From Candidatus Ancaeobacter aquaticus (GTDB lineage: Bacteria > Auribacterota > Ancaeobacteria > Ancaeobacterales > Ancaeobacteraceae): 60,881 bases of DNA. A model generated the notes under the pieces. The model made no database searches. It worked only from the letters and a program-made list of their open reading frames with translations, and had not been told where the DNA came from. Positions 1 through 8,593 of the stretch are shown in pieces. Within the stretch, counting starts at the first letter, position 1. Every line of letters begins with the position of its first letter. Position numbers and translations under genes: made by a program. The DNA lies in contig JAVCCP010000060.1 of NCBI GenBank assembly GCA_030765405.1, forward strand, positions 1-60,881, in the 5' to 3' direction.

Positions 1-32
1 CTTACCATGGCTTCGCATAATTCGTTACCTCC

Positions 33-125
33 TTATACGCATGGTTTGGTTCCGTGCCGGTGGTTAGCCATTACACGTGCTGGATTGTCCAGCTTGCTTA
101 TATTAGCTTTTCTTGGCGCACTCAT
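33..125 (-). CDS. Possible 30-aa small ORF (MSAPRKANISKLDNPARVMANHRHGTKPCV), followed by a gene starting at ATG 18 that runs off the left edge
   Basis: Manual translation; ATG preceded by AAGGATGG; its TAA abuts the GGAGG RBS of the next ATG. Confidence 0.35.
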   Translation of the reverse strand: MSAPRKANISKLDNPARVMANHRHGTKPCV

Positions 126-187
126 ATACCATCCTTTTTTTATATTACAAAATAGTATCCTACCTGATATTCACCCTTGCTACAAAC

Positions 188-223
188 AAAAAAGAACCGG
201 GTAATCTCACGGATTTTCCCGGT
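188..223 (-). terminator. Intrinsic terminator after the DUF6515-like gene
   Basis: ACCGGG..CCCGGT stem with inner pairing, followed by a T-tract on the minus strand. Confidence 0.6.
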
Positions 224-257
224 GCTGCATATATTTCTATTCCAACAATCAGCAATA

Positions 258-917
258 CTATTTCCCGTATAATACTTTTAACTGCTGCATTGTTGGATTC
301 TTTTCATAAAACTCGCCCTGAGGACCTATATATCCATTTTCAGTCTTCTGAAGCACGATCGGCGTATAGGTTCCATCAGCACTAGGAACGTTAACAACAA
401 CTGTCTGCTGAGAATCAGCAGTGGCAGTTGGCTCTACAACTACTGTTTCAGGAGCAGCTACTACGGGAGGTGAAACAACCATATATCCTGATGGGTTACT
501 TCTATAATAAGCTCCACTAGAATAATAGTATCTGTTATTATTAACACTAAAAGTCCTGTATCCTGCAGGGAGGGTTCTGATAACGGCACCTCGAGGAGGG
601 TTTACCATAACATACCCGCCTACTCCCCTTCTATAATAGCACCCCTCACCATAATAAAAACCCAACCCGCCTATAGAAATATTCACATAATTTTGTGGTA
701 TGTTTCTGACGCTTCTATAATGACGTTTGTGGTGTGGATTACGGTGATGACTTTTATGATGTTTCTGGTGTTTTTGAGGTTGATGGTGCGAATGCTGTGA
801 GCTTTTTTTAGACTGCGACCACCCTGCCGCGAATACTGTGTTTGCACCTACAAGAAACGTTGTACTTAATAGTGCAACCGTAAAACACTTGCTTATACAC
901 TTTGTCCTGCCGTTCAT
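258..917 (-). CDS. Secreted His-rich protein, DUF6515-like
   Basis: Signal peptide; His/Lys-rich low-complexity segment; then YYxxGxYY..GYxVVxPPxGA repeats typical of DUF6515. Confidence 0.7.
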   Translation of the reverse strand: MNGRTKCISKCFTVALLSTTFLVGANTVFAAGWSQSKKSSQHSHHQPQKHQKHHKSHHRNPHHKRHYRSVRNIPQNYVNISIGGLGFYYGEGCYYRRGVGGYVMVNPPRGAVIRTLPAGYRTFSVNNNRYYYSSGAYYRSNPSGYMVVSPPVVAAPETVVVEPTATADSQQTVVVNVPSADGTYTPIVLQKTENGYIGPQGEFYEKNPTMQQLKVLYGK

Positions 918-1044
918 GTTCGCCTCCTTCTGCTATCAATGCGTTCGGTTACATTATTAGACAAGGATAGATGTTAAAATGTTCCTTTTATTTATTTCTC
1001 TACACACTTTCTATTCGCTTCGCAACAACATATCAGATCATCGG

Positions 1045-1614
1045 TCAAACCATGAAGGCTAATTGATATTTTCTCAGTGCTTTATCCTGTACCTTCGCCT
1101 CCTGAACATATGTACTTAATTCAGCCCAGAATTCTTTACTGTGGTTTTTGATACGTGTATGCACTAGTTCATGCAGGATAATATAGTCTATTAATATATC
1201 AGGAAGTTTTACCATGTACATATTCAAGCTGATATTATTTTTAGCCGAACAGCTTCCCCATCGCGTTTTCTGTCTGCGTATAGAGACTTTATTGTATTGA
1301 AAACCATGAAGGACGGATAATTCCTGCAATCTGCCGATAAGCTTTTCTTTTGCTCTGACCGAATCAATCTCTTTTCTGTCAACTGAGCTTGCTTCATACC
1401 CTTCTTTCAGTTTCCTTAGTCTTTCGGAATGTTTTTGTATCCACGGTATCTTTGGTTTAATTATACTTTTCGCGCGAGCAAATGACACCCATACGGGGAC
1501 AGACACGCGTACCGGCTCATTCGGTTTTACCGCAATGCGGATAACACGCGCTCTTTGACTCTTCTTAAAAACAATCTGTCCTACACCTTCAATTTCAACG
1601 CACTCAGATCCCAT
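1045..1614 (-). CDS. M48/SprT-like zinc metallopeptidase (YgjP/DUF45 family)
   Basis: RWGSCS and DYIILHELVH (HExxH) motifs. Confidence 0.85.
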   Translation of the reverse strand: MGSECVEIEGVGQIVFKKSQRARVIRIAVKPNEPVRVSVPVWVSFARAKSIIKPKIPWIQKHSERLRKLKEGYEASSVDRKEIDSVRAKEKLIGRLQELSVLHGFQYNKVSIRRQKTRWGSCSAKNNISLNMYMVKLPDILIDYIILHELVHTRIKNHSKEFWAELSTYVQEAKVQDKALRKYQLAFMV

Positions 1615-1706
1615 ACATCTCCATCACACTGTTAGTCGACAATTTCTGTCTTCACTTCACCCAAAATACCGCCTGAAACTATAAAAAATGGGGACAGCCC
1701 TTTTTT

Positions 1707-2483
1707 TTAGTCTGTGCTCTCAAAAGTGATTTCCATTCCATCATATGCTAACTCTATATTATCAGGCAACTCGGCATTTGTCTTCTCATGTTCTAATCGA
1801 TGGCACATATGGATGAAATATGTCTGTTTTGGCCGGAGTTTTTCGACCATTTCTACCGCTTCAGCCACATTAAAATGCGTTGAATGTTTTTCATGGCGCA
1901 AGACACCGAGAACAAGGACATCTAAATTCTGTAGTTTTTTTATAGATTCCTCGGGAATACCGCTGCAATCAGTGAGATACGCAAAATTATCGAACCGATA
2001 CCCATTTATCATGATCTTCCCATGACAAATATCGATCACTTCTATAGATATCCCTGAGATACGCACATTGTTTTCAGTCTCAAAGAACTCAATTTTCGGG
2101 ACACCACCACCGATCTGTGGCGGATTAAATGCGTAGCCAAAAATCTTGTTCAACACCTCCAGTGATTCTTTCGATGCATAACATGGTATAGGATCAGGTT
2201 GCAACTCATTATACCTTCTCACATCGTCCAAACCAAAGATATGGTCTGCATGATGATGAGTAAACAATATCGCATCGATTCTCTCTACCTTATAACGTAT
2301 CATTTGCTGCCTGAAATCCGGTGTTGTATCAATAAGAATGTTCAACCCGTTAGACTCTACGAGTATTGATGAACGAAGCCTGTTATTCTTTGGATTGTTT
2401 GATGTGCATACATCACAATCACACGCTATAACCGGTATACCATGAGATGTGCCGGTACCTAAAAATGTTATTTTCATCGCCAT
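1707..2483 (-). CDS. MBL-fold hydrolase, PhnP-like (start moved to MAMKITF)
   Basis: LGTGTSHGIP..CxCxxC, THHHADH, YLTD and HMCH motifs; RBS GAGG before ATG 2483. Confidence 0.85.
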   Translation of the reverse strand: MAMKITFLGTGTSHGIPVIACDCDVCTSNNPKNNRLRSSILVESNGLNILIDTTPDFRQQMIRYKVERIDAILFTHHHADHIFGLDDVRRYNELQPDPIPCYASKESLEVLNKIFGYAFNPPQIGGGVPKIEFFETENNVRISGISIEVIDICHGKIMINGYRFDNFAYLTDCSGIPEESIKKLQNLDVLVLGVLRHEKHSTHFNVAEAVEMVEKLRPKQTYFIHMCHRLEHEKTNAELPDNIELAYDGMEITFESTD

Positions 2484-2675
2484 GTCCTCTCGTTTCTTAT
2501 ACACCGCGTCGGTGGAAAATCCCACCTACCACGGTGGGTGAAGGGGGTATTTATATTTTTATTGCCAGAGTTGGGCATATCAACTATCCTTTATTATACT
2601 TATTAAGGTAAATAAATCATTAATAATATATGCGGTGTTCGTTTTGCGCATTGCAGTTCTCGTTTTTTTCACAAA

Positions 2676-2703
2676 ACGCTAAGCGCTAAAAGCTAATCGC
2701 TAT
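2676..2703 (+). repeat. Four degenerate tandem heptamers (nnGCTAA)
   Basis: acgctaa gcgctaa aagctaa tcgctat. Confidence 0.5.
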
Positions 2704-2717
2704 TAAATGGAGGCATT

Positions 2718-4310
2718 ATGTTTAGAATATTACGTGCACACATGAAAAAGGTGTTTTGGGTATTAGTGTTTCTTATTATTCCCGCTTTTGTTTTTTGGGG
2801 TGTCGGCGGTATGTTTAATGATGAAAGCCGTAAACCTGTCGGACGCGCATTTGGTAAAAATGTTACGCTTTCATCATACCTTAAAACACGTAACGCGTGC
2901 ATGCTTAATGCGATTATAGTATATGGCAAGAGGTACAATGATCTTGCACAATATTTTGATTTTAACAAGCAGACATGGGATCGCATTGTCCTCCAAGAAG
3001 AAGTAAAAAAACTTGGCATTACAATCAGTAATGATGAACTTGCGCTGCAGCTACAGAAATTATTCAGCGTAAACGGTGAATTTAGCAATGCACGCTACCA
3101 GCAGTTTATTAAAAGTACCGGTGTTAATCCTCTTACTCTTGAAAAGAATGTCCGCAGTACCATGGCTATCGGCAGACTAACCAGAACAATCGCTGATACC
3201 GCTATGGTAACAAAAGAAGAGGTAAATGAAGCCCTCGGACGCATCAACCAGAAACGTACCGTAGATTACGTTCTCCTCAACGATACATCATATACAAAAG
3301 ATAATATTTATGTGTCAGTTGATGAAACAGAGCGGTACTACACTGAAAACAAACACGAATTCCGTATACCGGAAAAAATAAAAGCTGAATATATCTTTAT
3401 CAGTTTTGATGCATTTAAAAAACAACACACAGCAAACAATAACGAAGCACGTACATTCTATGACCGGAATAAAGAAGTGTTCACAGATCAGAAAACAAAT
3501 AAAATACTGCCGTTTAATAAAGTAAAAAATGAGATCGCCATGCGACTTCTCGAACAAAAAGCTGTTGATAGCGCATTTGAAAAAGCCACTGACATATCTA
3601 TCACACTTCTCCGCAATCCCGATCTCACAAACGCCGCCTTAGAGCATGACGCTGAGATAGAAGAAACCGAATACTTCACGCTTAACCAGGAACTCCCCGG
3701 TGTCCCTTCATCGCGTGATTTTATCACTACTGCTTTTGAAACACCGGTAAAGAAGATGAGCAATGCTCTGCGTACCAAAGAAGGATTCTATATCATTATG
3801 CCTATGGAAAAGAAAGCGTCCTATATTCCAAAGCTTGAAGATGTAAAAGAAAAAGTTGCTGAAAAGTTGCAAAACAAGAAAAATACAGAGCTACTTTCCA
3901 AGAACGCTCAGAGCATCAGAGATCAGCTCGACGATAAAGTGAAAAAGGAAAAGCTTCCCTTTACTGACGCAGCTAAATCACTTGGACTCAACGTATCAAA
4001 AAGCACACCGTTTAAATTAAATGAAGAGGTTAAAGAGCTCACTGCATCAATTAAAGAAAATGCATTTAAGACATATAAAAATACTGTCGGAACGCCAGTG
4101 AGGACAAAAGACGGTTATGTTGTCGTATACGTCGATACTGTTGAAACACCCCAACTGAGCACATTAGAAGATCAGAGAAAAACTGTCAAAGACGAGTTAT
4201 TAAATATTAAACGAGATAAAGTGCTTTCACAGTGGTATCGGTCACTCTACAAAAAAGCAAAAGTCGTTGATCTCACAAAGAAGAGAAAAATTCCTATAAA
4301 TAACTCGTAA
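2718..4310 (+). CDS. SurA N-terminal domain / PpiD-like periplasmic chaperone
   Basis: N-terminal TM (IIPAFVFWG) and SurA_N/PpiD-type architecture; RBS GGAGG. Confidence 0.8.
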   Translation: MFRILRAHMKKVFWVLVFLIIPAFVFWGVGGMFNDESRKPVGRAFGKNVTLSSYLKTRNACMLNAIIVYGKRYNDLAQYFDFNKQTWDRIVLQEEVKKLGITISNDELALQLQKLFSVNGEFSNARYQQFIKSTGVNPLTLEKNVRSTMAIGRLTRTIADTAMVTKEEVNEALGRINQKRTVDYVLLNDTSYTKDNIYVSVDETERYYTENKHEFRIPEKIKAEYIFISFDAFKKQHTANNNEARTFYDRNKEVFTDQKTNKILPFNKVKNEIAMRLLEQKAVDSAFEKATDISITLLRNPDLTNAALEHDAEIEETEYFTLNQELPGVPSSRDFITTAFETPVKKMSNALRTKEGFYIIMPMEKKASYIPKLEDVKEKVAEKLQNKKNTELLSKNAQSIRDQLDDKVKKEKLPFTDAAKSLGLNVSKSTPFKLNEEVKELTASIKENAFKTYKNTVGTPVRTKDGYVVVYVDTVETPQLSTLEDQRKTVKDELLNIKRDKVLSQWYRSLYKKAKVVDLTKKRKIPINNS

Positions 4311-4336
4311 TATCTTCGGGATATTTAATGTTTCTC

Positions 4337-4362
4337 CACCGCCCCGATAAATCGGGGCGGTG
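4337..4362. repeat. GC-rich perfect palindrome, REP-like or bidirectional terminator
   Basis: CACCGCCCCGAT-AA-ATCGGGGCGGTG between convergent genes; no U-tract. Confidence 0.55.
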
Positions 4363-4397
4363 AGAGGTGACAAGCAGTGAGGATAATTCAAAGCAAC

Positions 4398-5393
4398 CTA
4401 TAAGCCAATAATGTCTGCAGTTCTGCCACATTTACTGCAGGCATTTTCTTTTATCCCAATTTTCTCAGCAGCATATCCCGACCGAGATACAAGAAGGCTT
4501 GAACAATCCGGACAATAGGTACTATCCCACGAACCACCACCAACGTTGCCAAGATATACATACATCATTTTCTCTTTTGCTATTTTGTATGCCTCTTCCA
4601 AAACAGAAACAGGCGTTGGCGGGAGAGATAATTTATAGGTTGGAAAATACCGTGAAAAATGGAGCGGTACAGACGGACTCAAATGATCACATATCCAGTC
4701 GCGTAACTTTTCAAAATGCCCCGGGGAATCATTCAGTGTCGATATGACTAAATTGGTTATTTCAACATGACAGCTGTTTGCATAACACATTTCGGCTGTA
4801 CGGAGTACCGGGTCTCGTGATGCACCACACATATCTTTATAAAAGCTATCGTCCATTGATTTGATATCGATATTTACTGCATCTATATAAGGAAGAAGCT
4901 CTAAAAGCGGTTCTTCCTTAACATACCCGTTTGTTACCAACACATTCTTTAAACCTTTGCTTCGCGCAATTTTAGATGTTTCTTTGACATACTCATACCA
5001 TACAAACGGTTCAGTATAGGTATATGCGATTCCAAAAGATCCTTCTTTTTGTGCGGTTTCCACTATTTTATCCGGCAACACCTCTTCTGAAGGAGCATCA
5101 GGATTTTGAGATAATGTCCAATTCTGACAAAACGTACAGGCAAAGTTACACCCCTTTGTGCCAATACTTAAGATCTGATGCCCCGGATAAAAATGATAGA
5201 GCGGTTTCTTTTCGATCGGGTCAAGGCCACACGAGGTAATCTCTGCATAGATCGCGCTGTATAACACACCGCTAACATTTCTTCTTACTTTACATAAACC
5301 GCTTTTGCCTTCATTAATAACACAATTATGCGGACAGAGCCTACAGCGCACAATCTTGTTATCAGTTTTTTCGTAAAATAGCGCTTCTCTCAT
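4398..5393 (-). CDS. amrS: AmmeMemoRadiSam system radical SAM enzyme
   Basis: N-terminal CxLCPHxC..G.C; DPIEKKPLYHF; CNFACTFCQN; C-terminal CPxC..CxxC; start MREALFY with GGAG RBS. Confidence 0.9.
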   Translation of the reverse strand: MREALFYEKTDNKIVRCRLCPHNCVINEGKSGLCKVRRNVSGVLYSAIYAEITSCGLDPIEKKPLYHFYPGHQILSIGTKGCNFACTFCQNWTLSQNPDAPSEEVLPDKIVETAQKEGSFGIAYTYTEPFVWYEYVKETSKIARSKGLKNVLVTNGYVKEEPLLELLPYIDAVNIDIKSMDDSFYKDMCGASRDPVLRTAEMCYANSCHVEITNLVISTLNDSPGHFEKLRDWICDHLSPSVPLHFSRYFPTYKLSLPPTPVSVLEEAYKIAKEKMMYVYLGNVGGGSWDSTYCPDCSSLLVSRSGYAAEKIGIKENACSKCGRTADIIGL

Positions 5394-5421
5394 AAACTCT
5401 CCGTAATGCAAGCAAACTATA

Positions 5422-6792
5422 TTAATTATCAATAACCTCAGGAATCATTAACCCTGCACCAGATAAAACTGTTATCTCAGGTTCTGAATCGAAATTACTT
5501 CTCTCTTTTTCTAATGCTTCATCGATTGTTTTAGCGTAGATAAACTCCGTTTTATCGACATCGCTTTTCGGTAAGTCCGAAACAAGATACATCCTTACAT
5601 CAGTTGGTAATAAATGCCAGAAACCGATCTTACAGGTTATATCATTTACAACACAGAGTCCTCCTATACCGTGAGAACACGCACCCACACAGATGATTGC
5701 CCCACCCTTTCGTACAATAAGCGCGGCAGGAGGAATAATTTTTATCAGCTGGTACAAATTAATCGCTTCCGGAAAACCTTCACTCGTTACAACAATATCC
5801 GCCGAACTGGTCTTTACATGCCCTATCTCACGACACTGTTCCGATCCGAGACGCTGTGCAAAAACTGGATCTCCCGCAAAAACCCCTGCAACGGTCTTAT
5901 CAGGATTCATCACCACGTTTACCATAAAACTTTTTCCGCACATTTCGGCAGATTTCTCTATGTGGTCTCTAATAATATTATTTTCATTTTTCCCTAACTG
6001 TACGGACGGATGGTTCATCATAAAGTGATTTTTCGCAATACTTGTTATATCGGCACATCCCGGAAAGATCGCTTTAAGACCTCCGGAAAAACCTGCAAGA
6101 AAATGCGGTTTTATCTGGCCGATCAGTATGCTTATATCCGCATCTTTTACAACACGGTGTATCTTTATCTTATTTTCTAAAGATGCGCTATATACGCACA
6201 GTGCGCGTCCAAGCGCAGTATAGCCAATCAATGCTCTGACACTTTCAATGTCTCCTTTTACAAAAGATAGAATTATTTTGACTATTTTCTCCGGCATTGC
6301 CACAAGAGAACGAGCAAAATGCTTTACCGCTTGTTTCAAAAAATACTTTCTCTCTTTTGAAGGAATAAAACCTACAACAGTCAAGCTCTCATTATCTCGT
6401 GAATTGTGATTAATAACACGATATTGTTGGCACATCTCTTTATTGATACCGATAGAAGCAGGATCAGAACATTGGTGATTACCATTTGCAATAATAATCG
6501 TCACATTACTTATAGGGACATACGAGAGTTCGCTCAACACTGATCGCAAAACCTTCTCCTGCGGAAATAATCGCGCTGAATCACTCACAATGATCGCAAC
6601 CTTATCGGTCTTTTGCACACATTCTTTTAAAGGAATACTGTTAATAGGATCTTTGAGGCTGGCTATAACATTTTGTTCGATATTTTCAATAGTAGGAAGA
6701 GAGTTACATGTGTATATGATGACATTATTTGATGGTGCGGACCATTGTATGTTTTCTTTACCGTACGGTATTGAGAGTTCGCTCATGGGCAT
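5422..6792 (-). CDS. Nickel-pincer-dependent lactate racemase (LarA) homolog with an internal insertion
   Basis: DSAR, NHN, PHFLAGFSGGLK..PG, KNH and YQLIK motifs match the LarA cofactor/catalytic residues. Confidence 0.8.
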   Translation of the reverse strand: MPMSELSIPYGKENIQWSAPSNNVIIYTCNSLPTIENIEQNVIASLKDPINSIPLKECVQKTDKVAIIVSDSARLFPQEKVLRSVLSELSYVPISNVTIIIANGNHQCSDPASIGINKEMCQQYRVINHNSRDNESLTVVGFIPSKERKYFLKQAVKHFARSLVAMPEKIVKIILSFVKGDIESVRALIGYTALGRALCVYSASLENKIKIHRVVKDADISILIGQIKPHFLAGFSGGLKAIFPGCADITSIAKNHFMMNHPSVQLGKNENNIIRDHIEKSAEMCGKSFMVNVVMNPDKTVAGVFAGDPVFAQRLGSEQCREIGHVKTSSADIVVTSEGFPEAINLYQLIKIIPPAALIVRKGGAIICVGACSHGIGGLCVVNDITCKIGFWHLLPTDVRMYLVSDLPKSDVDKTEFIYAKTIDEALEKERSNFDSEPEITVLSGAGLMIPEVIDN

Positions 6793-7469
6793 TATTTCTT
6801 TGCTGTTGCAATGATAAGCATAACCGGCATACCCTTAAAACTTTTCTTATGGGTAATCGGTTCAAACCCGATCTTACCAAAGAGATCTTTGAATTGACGC
6901 GAATTAAGATGATGCACATCACCTTCAATGAATGTTACGATACCATCATAAATCATTCCACCAAGAACGTTATCCTTGTACCCGTCAACAATAAGCGCTT
7001 TTCCCCCCGGTTTTAAAACACGGTACATTTCTCGGGCAACTTTCTCTTGGTGCGGATAATGATGAAATGAATTCGAGCAGGTAAGGTAGTCAAATGAGTT
7101 ATCCGCATACGGCAAATGCTCTGAATCAGCTATTTTTATTTTCATTCCTTTAATGGCATCACTATAATGGAGGTGTTCTTCCCTTTTACCCATAGCGTGT
7201 TTGATCATTTCATGCGAAAGGTCAATACAGCAACAGGTGCTCTCCGGTGATTCAGCTGCAAACCTAAACGCGAGGACACAGGTCCCGCAACCGACATCAA
7301 GTATGTGGTGCGACGCGACAAGATCGATCTCTTTCATGATAAGGTCATGTGAATGTTTAAAAAGTATGTGCTGTAAAATACTGCTATCGTACCCTGCAGC
7401 CCAACTGTTAAATTGATCTTTTGCCGCTTTTCTTATATTCTTTGATCGCGTAATATTTTTTTCAGTCAT
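6792..7469 (-). CDS. Class I SAM-dependent methyltransferase (UbiE-like)
   Basis: ILDVGCGT, DSEHLPYADNSFD and RVLKPGG motifs; TAATG-coupled to the LarA homolog. Confidence 0.9.
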   Translation of the reverse strand: MTEKNITRSKNIRKAAKDQFNSWAAGYDSSILQHILFKHSHDLIMKEIDLVASHHILDVGCGTCVLAFRFAAESPESTCCCIDLSHEMIKHAMGKREEHLHYSDAIKGMKIKIADSEHLPYADNSFDYLTCSNSFHHYPHQEKVAREMYRVLKPGGKALIVDGYKDNVLGGMIYDGIVTFIEGDVHHLNSRQFKDLFGKIGFEPITHKKSFKGMPVMLIIATAKK

Positions 7470-7496
7470 AGGTACTCCCTGCGTAACACTATTACA

Positions 7497-7751
7497 TTAT
7501 TTTCGGCTATTATGAGATAATATCTTTAAAATCAGTGAGACCACTTCTTCACGTGCAAAGGGTTTCTTTATATAATATTCGTTGCATCCATGCTGAAAAA
7601 ACTCTATATCACAATACTGCTCGTCCTCATCAAACTGCCCGCTCATGAAAACATATTTTGAATCAGGGCTTATTTTCTTTATTTCTTTGGACACATCGAC
7701 ACCATGCATTCCCGGTAATATCAAGTCGATAAAAATCAGGTCATAATGCAC
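7497..7751 (-). pseudogene. N-terminally truncated receiver domain (possibly a frameshift extension of the upstream regulator)
   Basis: Begins at YDLIFIDLILPGMHG; has KKPF; lacks the first beta-alpha-beta with the acidic pocket. Confidence 0.55.
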
Positions 7752-7756
7752 CGTAA

Positions 7757-8146
7757 CTATTTCTTGTTTTTTTCATTCAAGGCTTTCCGTGTAACTTCTA
7801 GGAGCTCACCCTTTGCAAATGGCTTATATAGATAATATGTTTTCCCACCTGCTTGAATAAATTCTGCTTCTTTAAATATCGGGTCCGTTTCAAAGTTTCC
7901 CGTCATAAATATCTGTATCGAATCAGGACTGATAGCCGTTATCTCTTTACACGTCTGGACGCCATCCATACCCGGCAAAACAAGATCAACAAATATAATG
8001 TCATATTTATTTTTCTTTATCTTTGCAAGTGCTGATTCAGCGTCATACACAACATCGATCGCATACCCCTCAGGGCCAAGTTCTTTTTGAAACGCGGTGC
8101 CAATAATCGGAGTATCATCAATTACCAGTATTTTTTCTCCAGCCAT
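7757..8146 (-). CDS. Single-domain response regulator
   Basis: ILVIDD, DLVLPGMDG and KPF motifs; likely start MAGEK. Confidence 0.9.
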   Translation of the reverse strand: MAGEKILVIDDTPIIGTAFQKELGPEGYAIDVVYDAESALAKIKKNKYDIIFVDLVLPGMDGVQTCKEITAISPDSIQIFMTGNFETDPIFKEAEFIQAGGKTYYLYKPFAKGELLEVTRKALNEKNKK

Positions 8147-8163
8147 AACCGTATCTCCCCACA

Positions 8164-8559
8164 TTAGATATCGCTTGATATCGTTTTTTTACCCAACAAA
8201 ACCCCTGCGGCTCTCGTTAATTCGTCCGCTTCAAGTGGTTTCCTTAACCATGTTTCAACACCGCCCGCAGCAATAAATTCATCTAGATATTTGACTATTT
8301 CCCCCGGATAGCCGGAAATGAGCATTACAATAGTTGCCGGCAGGATTTTTTTTACCTTTTTGCACACTTCAACCCCATTTGTTCCCTGCATAACCAGATC
8401 AGCAAATACCAAATCAGGTTTTTCTGCCCGAACAATGTTGAGCGCTTCATCTTCGTTTATCGCGGTAAAAACAATATATCCTGCTTTCTCCAGTTCTTTT
8501 ACTGATGCGCGGAGTACAATCTTTTCATCGTCTACAACTAATATTTTCTTCTTACTCAT
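8164..8559 (-). CDS. Single-domain response regulator
   Basis: ILVVDDE, ADLVMQGTNG and RKP motifs. Confidence 0.9.
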   Translation of the reverse strand: MSKKKILVVDDEKIVLRASVKELEKAGYIVFTAINEDEALNIVRAEKPDLVFADLVMQGTNGVEVCKKVKKILPATIVMLISGYPGEIVKYLDEFIAAGGVETWLRKPLEADELTRAAGVLLGKKTISSDI

Positions 8560-8593
8560 ACACCCCCCTCATTATCACCGACATAACACTATA

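Noticed and set aside
1686..1704. GGGGACAGCCC-type REP family (also 54833-54846)
   Set aside because: Matches are short and degenerate, with too few copies to support a family from this window
2484..2525. N-terminal extension of the PhnP-like ORF; CCCACC..GGTGGG hairpin as an IS end
   Set aside because: A better RBS/start lies at 2483; the 6-bp stem is too short and there is no transposase nearby
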